A stretch of 64,000 bases of DNA from Candidatus Defluviibacterium haderslevense (GTDB taxonomy: Bacteria; Bacteroidota; Bacteroidia; Chitinophagales; Saprospiraceae), in contig JADJRL010000003.1 in assembly GCA_016712225.1 (NCBI GenBank), positions 2,559,831 through 2,623,830 of the forward strand, written 5' to 3'. The notes under the pieces are model-generated. The model was not told the DNA's origin and did no database searches. It saw only the letters and a program-made list of their open reading frames with translations. Made by a program: the position numbers and the translations under genes. Below, in pieces: positions 18,891 through 28,124 of the stretch; the stretch's first letter is position 1; each line of letters starts with the position of its first letter.

Positions 18891-18904
18891 TTGATCAATA
18901 TCAT
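18891..18904 (+). promoter_or_regulatory. FNR/CRP-type box TTGATCAATATCAT upstream of the usp-hsp20 genes
   Basis: TTGAT-N4-ATCAt, 9 of 10 matches to TTGAT-N4-ATCAA, centred 75 nt upstream of the ATG at 18973. The same 13-mer occurs at 21502..21515 in the same orientation relative to its gene. Confidence 0.6.
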
Positions 18905-18972
18905 GTTTCCTAATGATGAGCGTCATTGGAGTGTTAAGTAATATGTGTTAACTTCGTTTAAAATAAATACAA

Positions 18973-19428
18973 ATGAAACCGTTTAATGTAATATTGTGTC
19001 CCTATGATTTTTCCAATTTTGCTGATAAAGCTTTGGACTATGCTGTAAGGCTCACGCTGTCTAGTGGACAGAGATTGGCTTTAGTGAATGTAATTGTTAA
19101 TCCATTTTTATTTGAAGGGGGAAGTCCGGTACTTAATAATAATTTATTGGCACTTGATTTATTACAACAGATTAAAGATGAAGAGAATGCTAAATTAAAT
19201 GAACTTAAATTAAAATTGCAACAAGATCACCCGACGTTGGAAGTTGAATATATCTTAGAAGAGGACAATGATGTTGAGGCTTGTATTCTTGCAGCTCAGG
19301 CTAAGACAAAAGCTGATCTTATAGTTATGGGTTCTCATGGCCGAAAAGGAATAAAACGTGTACTTCTTGGAAGTGTAGCCGAAGGTGTACTTAGAAATGC
19401 AGCTTGTCCAGTATTAATTGTAAAATAA
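18973..19428 (+). CDS. Universal stress protein (UspA family)
   Basis: 151 aa with the C-terminal ATP-binding motif MGSHGRKGIKRVLLGSVAEGVLRNAACPVLIV. Confidence 0.9.
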   Translation: MKPFNVILCPYDFSNFADKALDYAVRLTLSSGQRLALVNVIVNPFLFEGGSPVLNNNLLALDLLQQIKDEENAKLNELKLKLQQDHPTLEVEYILEEDNDVEACILAAQAKTKADLIVMGSHGRKGIKRVLLGSVAEGVLRNAACPVLIVK

Positions 19429-19456
19429 TTTTTTAATTCATTTAAATTTATTAATT

Positions 19457-19897
19457 ATGAGTAACTTAATCAGATTTAGAAACAGGTTTCCGTATTTTAG
19501 CAATTTTCCGGTTTGGAATGATGACTTTTTTGAAAAGGATTTATTTTCTTCCAAAGAATTATCATTTCCACCCGTAAATATTCTAGAGTCCATTAGACAT
19601 TATACATTGGAGATGGCAGTTCCGGGAAAAGCTAAAGGTGATTTTAAAATTGAAGTCGACGACAATAATGTAATGACCATTTCTTTGGAAAGTAAGCATG
19701 AAAAAAAAGAAGAAGAATCAAAAGAGATGAAAAGAATGGAATTTAATTATTCATCTTTTTCTAGAAGTTTTTCATTGCCTTCCATGATTGACAAGGCGCA
19801 CATCACAGGTGCTTATGAAAATGGGATATTAACAATAAACCTACCAAAATTAGAAGAAAGTGCTAAGACAAATTCAGTTAAAATCAATATTTCTTAA
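19457..19897 (+). CDS. Small heat-shock protein (Hsp20/alpha-crystallin)
   Basis: 146 aa alpha-crystallin domain: PPVNILES...YTLEMAVPGKAKGDFKIEVDDNNVMTIS...FSRSFSLP...AYENGILTINLPK. Confidence 0.9.
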   Translation: MSNLIRFRNRFPYFSNFPVWNDDFFEKDLFSSKELSFPPVNILESIRHYTLEMAVPGKAKGDFKIEVDDNNVMTISLESKHEKKEEESKEMKRMEFNYSSFSRSFSLPSMIDKAHITGAYENGILTINLPKLEESAKTNSVKINIS

Positions 19898-20000
19898 TTT
19901 TAACACCGTTGGTCAAGTCATTATGATTGCACCATTGGGGTTAAATGTTTAGGAAATAAGTCATATTAACCTAGCGTAAATTGGAATTTGATTTAGAAGA

Positions 20001-20040
20001 AGTTTTAAATGAAGGCAACATTTAAGACTTTTTCTTTTTT
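20001..20040 (+). terminator. Rho-independent terminator downstream of hsp20
   Basis: 11-bp stem AGTTTTAAATG/CATTTAAGACT (one G-U pair) with loop AAGGCAA, followed by TTTTCTTTTTT. Confidence 0.7.
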
Positions 20041-20176
20041 ATAATTTAAGTTTCACAAATCTTAGATAATGATGTAATATGGGTATAACGATAAATCACT
20101 ATTGAGTGGGTATATACATTAAGTCCCTATTGAATTAGATGTTGAGTGTGTCGGGATGGGTATCTGTTTTTTGATC

Positions 20177-20581
20177 TTATATAGGTGGGTTGGGATCATT
20201 TCTTTTTATGCTTTCCATTTCTTGATAAAATGATTCTGCTTCATCATTTTGTTTGGCAAAAGTCCAATCATCAGTTACTGTTGTTTCGATCCATACATTT
20301 CCAGATTTACGAAATACCTGAATGTATAATCCAAATATTTCCTGAAATTGTCTTTCAAGTTGTGCTACAGTTGTTTCAGGTTCAAGCTCTATGGTTCCTT
20401 CGTTATGCTTCTTTCGACAATCTTTTAATTGTAGGTTCGCTGGAATTAAATTCTCTTTCCTTGAACCAACATGAATATCATGGGGTTGACTAAAGAATTC
20501 TATTTTTAGAAAGGGATATTTTTTTGAAAACTGGTCTTGAATTTCAAAGATAGAGATCGTGTCATTGATGATTAATTTCAT
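20177..20581 (-). CDS. Hypothetical protein, co-transcribed with the tandem Usp gene
   Basis: 134-aa ORF lying 11 nt downstream of 20593..21441 on the same strand. No domain recognised. Confidence 0.6.
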   Translation of the reverse strand: MKLIINDTISIFEIQDQFSKKYPFLKIEFFSQPHDIHVGSRKENLIPANLQLKDCRKKHNEGTIELEPETTVAQLERQFQEIFGLYIQVFRKSGNVWIETTVTDDWTFAKQNDEAESFYQEMESIKRNDPNPPI

Positions 20582-20592
20582 AATTCTTAATT

Positions 20593-21441
20593 TTAGTCGT
20601 GATTGACCAATAAAGGAAGGTCAAAATGGAAAGCTAAATCTTTGCTCGCACTATTAATAAAAAGTTGAGAGAATATATTGTGTTTTCTTGGAAATATAGT
20701 TAATAAATCAATCTCATGGGTTTGTGTTTTAATAAACTTTTCAATGCCTGAAATCAAATCAGAATTTGTAATCGTATGATACGATGTATTCGAATTTACT
20801 AAAGAAGGTTTTAAATATTTAGCTTCAAGCATTTCATTCATTTGAGTTAATTCCTCTGCTTTATCTGTAATATTCAAAACATGAATATGGGAATGGAAAA
20901 AGTGGCTCAAATCAACCAAGGGTTTTAAAGCGTGATCGTTTTCAAATGGTATCATATCATAACTAAATAATATATGTTTGAATCCCTTAAATTCATTATG
21001 TTTGTGTATACCAAGTACAGGTATTTCTGATTTAGTAAATAGTTTTGCCGTTGTACTTCCCAAAATATGGCGAGCTACAAATCCTAATCCTTGAAGTCCC
21101 ATGATGATTAAGTCATAAGATTGTTTTTTGGAATACTCTTTGATTTCTTCGAACGGAATTCCGGAAACGCAAGCGGCTTGGATGTTTTTGACCTGAGGAT
21201 TATATTGCTGAATTTCTTTAATAATAAGTTCTAACTCTGCAAGATGGGCTTTAGTAATTCCATCTATTTCTTCCTGATCGGGGATATATACGTAAGAATC
21301 AGAAACGGATACGGGTATTTGAAAAACATGAAGAATATCGATTTGGGCACCAAGTGCTACGGCTAAATCCGCACCATATTTCAAGGCATTTTTGGAAGTT
21401 TCCGAAAAGTCGGTAGGAATAAGTATTTTTTTCATTAACAT
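20593..21441 (-). CDS. Tandem-domain universal stress protein
   Basis: 282 aa with two Usp-like halves (KKILIPTDFSETSKNALKYGADLA... and FKHILFSYD...). The first half has GLQGLGFVARHILGSTT. Confidence 0.85.
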   Translation of the reverse strand: MLMKKILIPTDFSETSKNALKYGADLAVALGAQIDILHVFQIPVSVSDSYVYIPDQEEIDGITKAHLAELELIIKEIQQYNPQVKNIQAACVSGIPFEEIKEYSKKQSYDLIIMGLQGLGFVARHILGSTTAKLFTKSEIPVLGIHKHNEFKGFKHILFSYDMIPFENDHALKPLVDLSHFFHSHIHVLNITDKAEELTQMNEMLEAKYLKPSLVNSNTSYHTITNSDLISGIEKFIKTQTHEIDLLTIFPRKHNIFSQLFINSASKDLAFHFDLPLLVNHD

Positions 21442-21501
21442 ACCTTTTTATATGAAATAATAGGTAGAACACAAAGTTAAAAAGTGCCTACTTAGGAAGT
21501 G

Positions 21502-21515
21502 ATGATATTGATCAT
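21502..21515 (-). promoter_or_regulatory. FNR/CRP-type box (ATGATCAATATCAT on the gene strand) upstream of the tandem usp operon
   Basis: Perfect palindrome ATGAT-N4-ATCAT centred 67 nt upstream of the start at 21441. It shares the 13-mer TGATCAATATCAT with 18891..18904. Confidence 0.6.
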
Positions 21516-22038
21516 GATTCATAATGACAGATATCAAAATTAAAACAAGAAGGAGATCTAAATGGTTCCAGATCATTGATTAGGCCTTAAGATATTATGG
21601 TATCCTTAAAATATACAATTTTATTTGCATTGACCATTAAGTTGAATTAGAAGGTTAATTTGAATTTATTTTTCAAATAAAAATAGCTAGATTTATAACA
21701 GAATAATCATGAGATTATCTGGATTTGGTAAAAATGCATCCAAAAGTTCAATGGAATTGAACTACCATAGTTGAATTGTTTTTTGCATCTAATGGAATGA
21801 AAGATTTGAATGATATTCAGAGTTGAGACTATTGTACTTATTTCTTTGACAGTAAGTATAATGAATAGGTATTATTAATTAATCGATCATGTTGAGTTGA
21901 TTTAATTATTTATCACTGGATATTGTTAATGGGGTGACTTGTTGTTTGTAAAAAATTGATGAGAGCATAATATGGTTATTTGAATAAAATAAATAGCTTT
22001 ATTCTATTTATTGTACAAGTTGAGTAAATGAATTCATT

Positions 22039-22046
22039 TACATTTG
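22039..22046 (+). promoter_or_regulatory. -7 promoter box TACATTTG immediately upstream of 22051 (near-leaderless)
   Basis: Exact TAnnTTTG match ending 5 nt before the ATG. Confidence 0.35.
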
Positions 22047-22050
22047 TGAT

Positions 22051-22641
22051 ATGATTGCAATACAAGATAAATTGGTTAGTGAAGACATATTGGATCATTA
22101 TTTTTTATGCAAACTTGATGCCTGTAAGGGCGCATGTTGCTGGGAAGGTGATTTGGGTGCTCCTTTAGATTTGAGTGAATTGAAGATCATTGATCAAGTT
22201 TTACCTATTGTTAAAACTTATCTTTCTGAGGAATCTATACATAGGATTGAAACGCATGGTGCGTATGAAAACTATGAAGGTCAGGATTCTTTTAGCACCC
22301 AATTATTATCTCATGGTCCATGTGTATTCATGACTACTGATGATAATGGAATAGCAGGATGTGCTTTTGAACAAGCCTTTCGGGATGGCAAAACGGATTT
22401 TAAAAAACCGATATCTTGTCATTTATATCCAATTCGTGTTATTGAAAGACCGGAACAAGGATTTACAGCAGTTAACTATGACCGATGGGATATTTGTAAT
22501 CCTGCGTGCCAGGAAGGAAAAGATAAACAATTACCGTTGTATCAATTTTTAAAGGAAGCTATCATCAGAAAATTCGGTGAAGCTTTTTATGAAGAATTAT
22601 CTTCTGCAGCTGATTATGTTAAAGCTAATCCTAATTCCTGA
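22051..22641 (+). CDS. Cys-rich protein, DUF3109-like
   Basis: 196 aa. The N-terminal CKLDACKGACCWEG motif and further conserved Cys residues (CVF, GC, CHLYP, CNPAC) resemble the DUF3109 family as I recall it. This is an unverified memory. Confidence 0.45.
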   Translation: MIAIQDKLVSEDILDHYFLCKLDACKGACCWEGDLGAPLDLSELKIIDQVLPIVKTYLSEESIHRIETHGAYENYEGQDSFSTQLLSHGPCVFMTTDDNGIAGCAFEQAFRDGKTDFKKPISCHLYPIRVIERPEQGFTAVNYDRWDICNPACQEGKDKQLPLYQFLKEAIIRKFGEAFYEELSSAADYVKANPNS

Positions 22642-22710
22642 CTCTTCAATTAAGATAACAGATACATCTATCAACTAATTGTATTATTTTAGCGCTCTAA
22701 ATTTATAAGT

Positions 22711-24900
22711 ATGCAATTCATTACACGAGGTTTTAAGTTTGGTTTATGGGTCATTATTGTTGTGGCTTCTTTAAGGAACAACGAAATGAGTGCCCAAAAC
22801 TGGTCATTAAAAGGTTCTGTTATGGCTTCTGTTGAGATTAACGAAGCAAAACCCTCCATACTTTTAAAATGGTCACCGGAAAGCACAGCAACAAAATACA
22901 CCATTTATAGAAAATTGAAAGATGCCAAAGCCTGGGGTTCTCTTAAAGCTACATTAGCTGGTACAGAAGTATCTTATTTAGATACGACCGTTCAAATTGG
23001 TCAAACTTACGAATATAGAATTACTAGGGCTGCATCAGATATCCCTGCAAATGGTTACTTGTATGCTGCTATTAAAGGTCCAGCAATTGAATCAAAAAAT
23101 GCTGTTCTTTTATTAATTGATAGCCGAATTCAAGATAGTCTGAAAACTTCAATCAATAGGCTAAAAAATGATTTATACAATGAAGGATGGGATGTAATGC
23201 AAGTAGTTGTTGATAAAAATGCAACAGTTCCTCAAGTGAAGGATTTAATTTTAAATCAAAAAGCTTTAAATCCTAAACTTAAAACCTTGTTCATTATCGG
23301 TCATGTGATCGTTCCATACGCTGGAAATGATGCCTACGATGGACATCCGGATCATATTGGTGCATGGCCAGCTGATTCCTATTATGCAGATTTGGATGGA
23401 ACATGGACTGATGATTCTGTAGACAATACAGATGCCGGAAGAACAGAAAATAAAAATTCAATTGGAGATGGAAAGTTTGATCAGGCTTATATTCCTTCTG
23501 ATCTTGAATTGGAAGTAGGAAGAGTTGATTTTTTTAATATGCCTGCTTTTTCAAAAAATGAAATTCAATTATTAAGACAATATTTTGAGAAAGACCATAA
23601 GTTTAGAACTGGTCAAATCAAAGCAAGACGCAGGGGTGTTGTCTTGGATAACTTTAATTTTCAAAATGAAGGATTTGCTCAAAGTGGTTATCGAGCTTGT
23701 TCGGCTTTTTTTGGACCAGATAGTACATCAACTGCAGACTATAGAACATCACTGTTAAATGGTTCTTATTTATGGTCTTATGGTGCTGGTGGAGGTTGGT
23801 ATGAAGGAGCTGGTGGGATTTCAACTACCCAAAACATGGCAGTAGATTCACTACAAGGTATTTTTACTTTTTTATTCGGCAGTTATTTTGGAGATTGGGA
23901 TAGTCCTAATAATTTCATGCGTTCAGCTTTAGGTAGTGGTACCATTCTAACATGTGCTTGGGCTGGAAGACCAGGATGGCAAATGCAACATATGGCTATG
24001 GGAGAACATATTGGGTTTAGTTCTTTGTTAAGTCAAAATAATAACACCTTATATATAAATAGTCCTAATGGAAAACGTGGGGTTCATGCTGCTTTAATGG
24101 GTGATCCTACTTTAGTCATGTATCCTATGTTGCCTGTAAGTAATCTTACTATTAAGGAAGTTGCAGGTCTGGTTGAATTGAATTGGGGTGCTTCTACTGA
24201 TGCCTCAGAGGGTTATTTGATTCAAAGAAAAAAATCCAGTGAATCTAACTTTCAAACCATTGCAAGAAATTTTGTGGGTTTAAAATATTTAGATAAATGT
24301 TTAAATAAGGACACGACCTATGAATATAGAGTTTGTGCCACGAAGTTGGAAAACAATGCCAGTGGTAGTTTTTATAATGTTTCGGCTGGGCTTATAAGCA
24401 GCATTAAAATAACTCGTCCAGATCTAGCCATAGATTCGATTATGACTAAGGATGAAAATGCAGGATTTAACCAGGGTAAATTTCTAGGAGCCCAAGTAAG
24501 TGGAGGAACGGCGCCATTTACCTATACAATTAAAGGTAATTTGGACCCTAATAAACTGAGCGCGGGAACTTATACATTAATAGTAGAAGATGCTAATGGG
24601 TGTAAAACCGAAAAAGAGTTTATTATCAGATTGAATACTTCAAATCATGAAATCAACATTGATCATGTAATCATATACCCTCAACCAGCGGATGATTTTT
24701 TGTACATCAATACAAATTCTAAATGGGAATTAAATGAAGTGAGATTAATCAATCCAATAGGTACTGAATCTAATGTAAAAGTTGAGCGAACTTCTCAAAA
24801 CTTAGGTAGGATATTAGTCCAAAAATTGAAACCAGGATGGTATATGATTAAAGGGACTAATGGAAATAAACATTTTGAAATCCCGTTTATCAAGCTTTAA
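22711..24900 (+). CDS. Secreted T9SS cargo protein: FN3-like + large C25/gingipain-like region + SprB-type repeat + C-terminal sorting domain
   Basis: 729 aa with a signal peptide and an FN3-like segment (KWSPESTATKYTIYRK...YEYRITR). A central region resembles peptidase C25 (LFIIGHV...). It also has an SprB-like repeat (GGTAPFTYTI...AGTYTLIVEDANGCK) and a T9SS type-A CTD (IIYPQPADDFLYINT...WYMIKG...FIKL). Confidence 0.7.
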   Translation: MQFITRGFKFGLWVIIVVASLRNNEMSAQNWSLKGSVMASVEINEAKPSILLKWSPESTATKYTIYRKLKDAKAWGSLKATLAGTEVSYLDTTVQIGQTYEYRITRAASDIPANGYLYAAIKGPAIESKNAVLLLIDSRIQDSLKTSINRLKNDLYNEGWDVMQVVVDKNATVPQVKDLILNQKALNPKLKTLFIIGHVIVPYAGNDAYDGHPDHIGAWPADSYYADLDGTWTDDSVDNTDAGRTENKNSIGDGKFDQAYIPSDLELEVGRVDFFNMPAFSKNEIQLLRQYFEKDHKFRTGQIKARRRGVVLDNFNFQNEGFAQSGYRACSAFFGPDSTSTADYRTSLLNGSYLWSYGAGGGWYEGAGGISTTQNMAVDSLQGIFTFLFGSYFGDWDSPNNFMRSALGSGTILTCAWAGRPGWQMQHMAMGEHIGFSSLLSQNNNTLYINSPNGKRGVHAALMGDPTLVMYPMLPVSNLTIKEVAGLVELNWGASTDASEGYLIQRKKSSESNFQTIARNFVGLKYLDKCLNKDTTYEYRVCATKLENNASGSFYNVSAGLISSIKITRPDLAIDSIMTKDENAGFNQGKFLGAQVSGGTAPFTYTIKGNLDPNKLSAGTYTLIVEDANGCKTEKEFIIRLNTSNHEINIDHVIIYPQPADDFLYINTNSKWELNEVRLINPIGTESNVKVERTSQNLGRILVQKLKPGWYMIKGTNGNKHFEIPFIKL

Positions 24901-24919
24901 TGTTAAAATTTTCTTAAAT

Positions 24920-24935
24920 TACGAATAAATTCGTA
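24920..24935. promoter_or_regulatory. Operator-like palindrome TACGAA-TAAA-TTCGTA (distal site) upstream of blaI-like gene
   Basis: Perfect 6+6 inverted repeat with a 4-nt spacer. Confidence 0.6.
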
Positions 24936-24953
24936 GGGATTAGTTTATTGTTA

Positions 24954-24961
24954 TATATTTG
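24954..24961 (+). promoter_or_regulatory. -7 promoter box TATATTTG of the blaI/blaR1-like operon
   Basis: Exact TAnnTTTG match, 24 nt upstream of the ATG at 24985 and flanked by the two palindromes. Confidence 0.5.
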
Positions 24962-24964
24962 CTT

Positions 24965-24980
24965 TACGAAAGAATTCGTA
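24965..24980. promoter_or_regulatory. Operator-like palindrome TACGAA-AGAA-TTCGTA (proximal site) overlapping the predicted transcription start of blaI-like gene
   Basis: Second perfect copy of the same dyad, 45 bp centre-to-centre from the first. Confidence 0.6.
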
Positions 24981-24984
24981 CCTT

Positions 24985-25380
24985 ATGCAAAAAATAGTAA
25001 TAAAACCCACTGAAGCGGAATTAGACATACTACAGATATTGTGGCGATTTGGACCTCAGACTGTTAAACAAGTCAATGAAATTCTGAATAAGAAGAAAGA
25101 AACAGGCTATACCACAACTTTGAAGTTCATGCAGATTATGACTGAAAAGGATTTGTGTACTCGCGAAGCAGAAGGCAAATTACATATTTACAAAGCTAAT
25201 ATTAAGGAAAACCAAGTAAAAAGATCCGCAGTTTCGGCAATAATTGACAAAGTTTTTGAAGGTTCAGCAATGGAATTAGTGATTCAAACACTTGGAAATT
25301 ATAAAGCAACAGACAAGGAATTATCTGAATTAAAGTCATTGATCAAATCAATGGAAGAAGAATCAAAAAATCAAAAATAA
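24985..25380 (+). CDS. BlaI/MecI/CopY-family transcriptional repressor
   Basis: 131 aa winged helix (PTEAELDILQILW..GPQTVKQVNEIL...TGYTTTLKFMQIMTEKDL) with a C-terminal dimerisation helix. Confidence 0.85.
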   Translation: MQKIVIKPTEAELDILQILWRFGPQTVKQVNEILNKKKETGYTTTLKFMQIMTEKDLCTREAEGKLHIYKANIKENQVKRSAVSAIIDKVFEGSAMELVIQTLGNYKATDKELSELKSLIKSMEEESKNQK

Positions 25381-25406
25381 ATCAAGCGATTTAAAAGTAA
25401 GTTTTA

Positions 25407-26933
25407 ATGATGGAATGTGGTCAAGTACAGTTTGTGTCAATAGTTCAAGAGTCCATAGCATGGACATTATTGCACTCTATATGGCAAGGAACTGTACTTG
25501 TTTTTATTATTTTATTATTAGAAAAAATACTTAGATTTAGAAATAAAGAAGTAATCCATTTAATTTCAAAATTAGCTTTACTTAGTTTTTTGTTTTGTGT
25601 ATTTATAACCTTTGGATTGATGTTGGATCACCCAAATCAAAAAATCAATTTACATATTTTGAGTTTACCAGGTATTCCTGAGTATCAAGTAATTTTGAAA
25701 TGGGTCAACGGGTTATGGATCGTAGGATTGTTGATTACATCAGTAAAATATGTATTTTCATTGAATTATTTGAGTAATATCAGAAGACAAGTAGATTTTG
25801 AATTTCCACAGGAATGGATCCAAACTTTTTCCAGGATTAAAGAGGCTTATTCATTGAATGCGAATGTACTTTTAGCTCACTCAGATCATGTTAGTTCAGC
25901 ATTTGTCACAGGGGTTATAAAACCAATGATCATTATTCCCACTTCTTGGATTAATCAATTAAATGTGGATGAAGCAGAATGTATAATAGCACATGAATTA
26001 GCTCATATTTTACAATTTGATCATTGGATGAATTTAGTTTGTAATATAGCAGAAATCATTTTTTTCTTCAACCCTGCAGTTTATTTTATTAATCATAGAA
26101 TTCGATTTCAGAGAGAATTGTGTGCAGATGCAAGAGCTATACAATTAATCAAGCGATCATTGGAATATGCTTCCTTGATTTTAAAATTGGAATCTAAATC
26201 AAGTGTAAAAAATCCATTTGTTTTGATTGGATTCAGTGCGATCAGACATCAATTGAGTCATAGAATTAAGCAGATATTGAATATTCATGAGACAAACACT
26301 TATACGCACAGTATTAATTATTCATATGTAATCATTTTTTGTATTGGATTAATAACATTATTTAATATCCATCCTACTCAAAACATTACAACAGACCATC
26401 TCGTCAGCAAGGATCTTCAAAAACAACCAGGTATGACAACTAGCATTGAGCGTCACACTTTAAAGATTAATGGCAAGACGAGTTTAGTTAGTATACGTAA
26501 AACAAATTTGGATCGGTTACAGTCCATTTCAAATTTTAAGGAAGATCATAATAGTCAGCAAACTACTATTCATCAATTGCCAACAGATGAAATTAAGACT
26601 ACTAATGATCAATTGGATCAGGTTAATACTATGCAGACTGGTGAGTTTGCATTGAACTATACCTATAATTATGATACCATGTTTATCGTTGATTCAAGGA
26701 ATACTAATGACTGGCAATCCATGTCAGTACAACAATATATTGATTCTATTGGAGTAGGTTTATGGAATGAGAAATTCCACAATGCCAATAGATATAAGCA
26801 ATTAAAACATATTCTATTCCTTCAAAATCAAGAATATTATTATAAAGTTATATTAAGTCAAAATATACCTTTCGGTAGTACGAAATCAAGCACGCCAAAA
26901 TTGCATATCATCGAAGATGCTCAAATTAATTAA
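25407..26933 (+). CDS. BlaR1/MecR1-like M56 peptidase signal transducer with a divergent C-terminal domain
   Basis: 508 aa. The N-terminal TM segments carry LLHSIWQG, and the zinc motif is HELAHI (HExxH) with FFFNP downstream. The C-terminal 200 aa or so are not recognisable. Confidence 0.8.
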   Translation: MMECGQVQFVSIVQESIAWTLLHSIWQGTVLVFIILLLEKILRFRNKEVIHLISKLALLSFLFCVFITFGLMLDHPNQKINLHILSLPGIPEYQVILKWVNGLWIVGLLITSVKYVFSLNYLSNIRRQVDFEFPQEWIQTFSRIKEAYSLNANVLLAHSDHVSSAFVTGVIKPMIIIPTSWINQLNVDEAECIIAHELAHILQFDHWMNLVCNIAEIIFFFNPAVYFINHRIRFQRELCADARAIQLIKRSLEYASLILKLESKSSVKNPFVLIGFSAIRHQLSHRIKQILNIHETNTYTHSINYSYVIIFCIGLITLFNIHPTQNITTDHLVSKDLQKQPGMTTSIERHTLKINGKTSLVSIRKTNLDRLQSISNFKEDHNSQQTTIHQLPTDEIKTTNDQLDQVNTMQTGEFALNYTYNYDTMFIVDSRNTNDWQSMSVQQYIDSIGVGLWNEKFHNANRYKQLKHILFLQNQEYYYKVILSQNIPFGSTKSSTPKLHIIEDAQIN

Positions 26934-26951
26934 TTCTTAAAATTTAAATTT

Positions 26952-28064
26952 ATGAAAAATTTATTATTGACTTTCATTTTATTAATTTCATTTCAAAGTT
27001 TGTCTTTTAGTCAAACTAATAATACCCAATCCAAATCAGAACGCACTGAACGTAAAATTATCATTAAGAAAATTGTAACAGAAGGAGATGAAAAAGTGGA
27101 TGAAATTGCTATTCAAAAAATGGTTGATTCAATACTACTAACTCAAGGTATCGAAGATAAAGGAAATAAAAAAATAAAAGTTATTATCAATAAAAAGGAT
27201 GGTAGTCAGCAGGTAGATGTCAAAGTTGATGACCTCGAAAAGGAAATTGAAATCAAAGAGCTTGGTGGTCAACCGATGCGATACCATATGATTGAAGAAG
27301 AACAATTGAACCATGAACCTGAAAATAAAGCAGTTTTGGGTTTAATGTTAAATGAAGTTGGAGGTAATAATGGTGCTTCAATATCTGAAATCATCGAAGG
27401 AAGTGGAGCAGCTCAATCAAATCTAGAAGTTGGCGATATCCTTTTAAAAATTGATGGCAAAAAAATGAAGAATTATTCAGATGTTATCGAATATCTTTCT
27501 GATAAGGAAGTAGGTGATGTCGTCAAAATTAAATATTTACATAACGGAGAAATAGAATCAACAAAAGTGAAGCTTGGCAAAAGAACAACTAATTCGGGAT
27601 TTTCTAAAAGTAAATCATGCTGTCAATCTAAAAGTAAATGCTATACCATAAATTCAAATATGAATAAGGATTCCGATAATAGTAATGAAACAATAGTTAA
27701 AGAAATCCAATTAGATCAATTAAGAGATCTAGAAAACTTGGAAGTGATTCAAAGTCCTGATCCAAATGATTCCAATGACAGTGATATCCTGGATCGAGAT
27801 AACCAATCTTCACTTGCCATAGAATATTTATCCAGTACTCCTAATCCGAATCAAGGTCAAATGAAAGTTAATTTTCAAGGTAAAAAGGGACCTACAACCA
27901 TTAGATTAGTAGACATGAATGGCAAGGAACTTTTTGAAGAGAAGATTGAAAATTTTGATGGAACATATAATAAAGACATAACGGTTACAGATGCAAAAGG
28001 TACATTGATCTTATATATTACTCAAGGGAAAAAAATTATATCAGAAAAAATTATAGTTAAATAA
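26952..28064 (+). CDS. Secreted PDZ-domain protein with T9SS C-terminal sorting domain
   Basis: Signal peptide, a PDZ domain (GLMLNEV...ISEIIEGSGAAQSNLEVGDILLKIDGKKM) and a CTD (STPNPNQGQMKVNF...LILYITQGKKIISEKIIV). Confidence 0.75.
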   Translation: MKNLLLTFILLISFQSLSFSQTNNTQSKSERTERKIIIKKIVTEGDEKVDEIAIQKMVDSILLTQGIEDKGNKKIKVIINKKDGSQQVDVKVDDLEKEIEIKELGGQPMRYHMIEEEQLNHEPENKAVLGLMLNEVGGNNGASISEIIEGSGAAQSNLEVGDILLKIDGKKMKNYSDVIEYLSDKEVGDVVKIKYLHNGEIESTKVKLGKRTTNSGFSKSKSCCQSKSKCYTINSNMNKDSDNSNETIVKEIQLDQLRDLENLEVIQSPDPNDSNDSDILDRDNQSSLAIEYLSSTPNPNQGQMKVNFQGKKGPTTIRLVDMNGKELFEEKIENFDGTYNKDITVTDAKGTLILYITQGKKIISEKIIVK

Positions 28065-28090
28065 AGCCAATATTTTTAAAACAAAAAAGA

Positions 28091-28124
28091 AAAGCTTCAT
28101 TATTAAATAATGAGGCTTTTTTAT
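28091..28124. terminator. Bidirectional hairpin terminator between convergent genes
   Basis: Stem AAAGCTTCATTA/TAATGAGGCTTT (one G-U pair), with an A-run upstream and a T-run downstream. Confidence 0.7.

Noticed and set aside
20076-20165. Three TGGGTAT motifs (about 20080, 20107 and 20156) downstream of hsp20.
   Set aside because: The motif is a short 7-mer with irregular spacing, and it lies in a convergent terminator region with no associated promoter. It is most likely chance.
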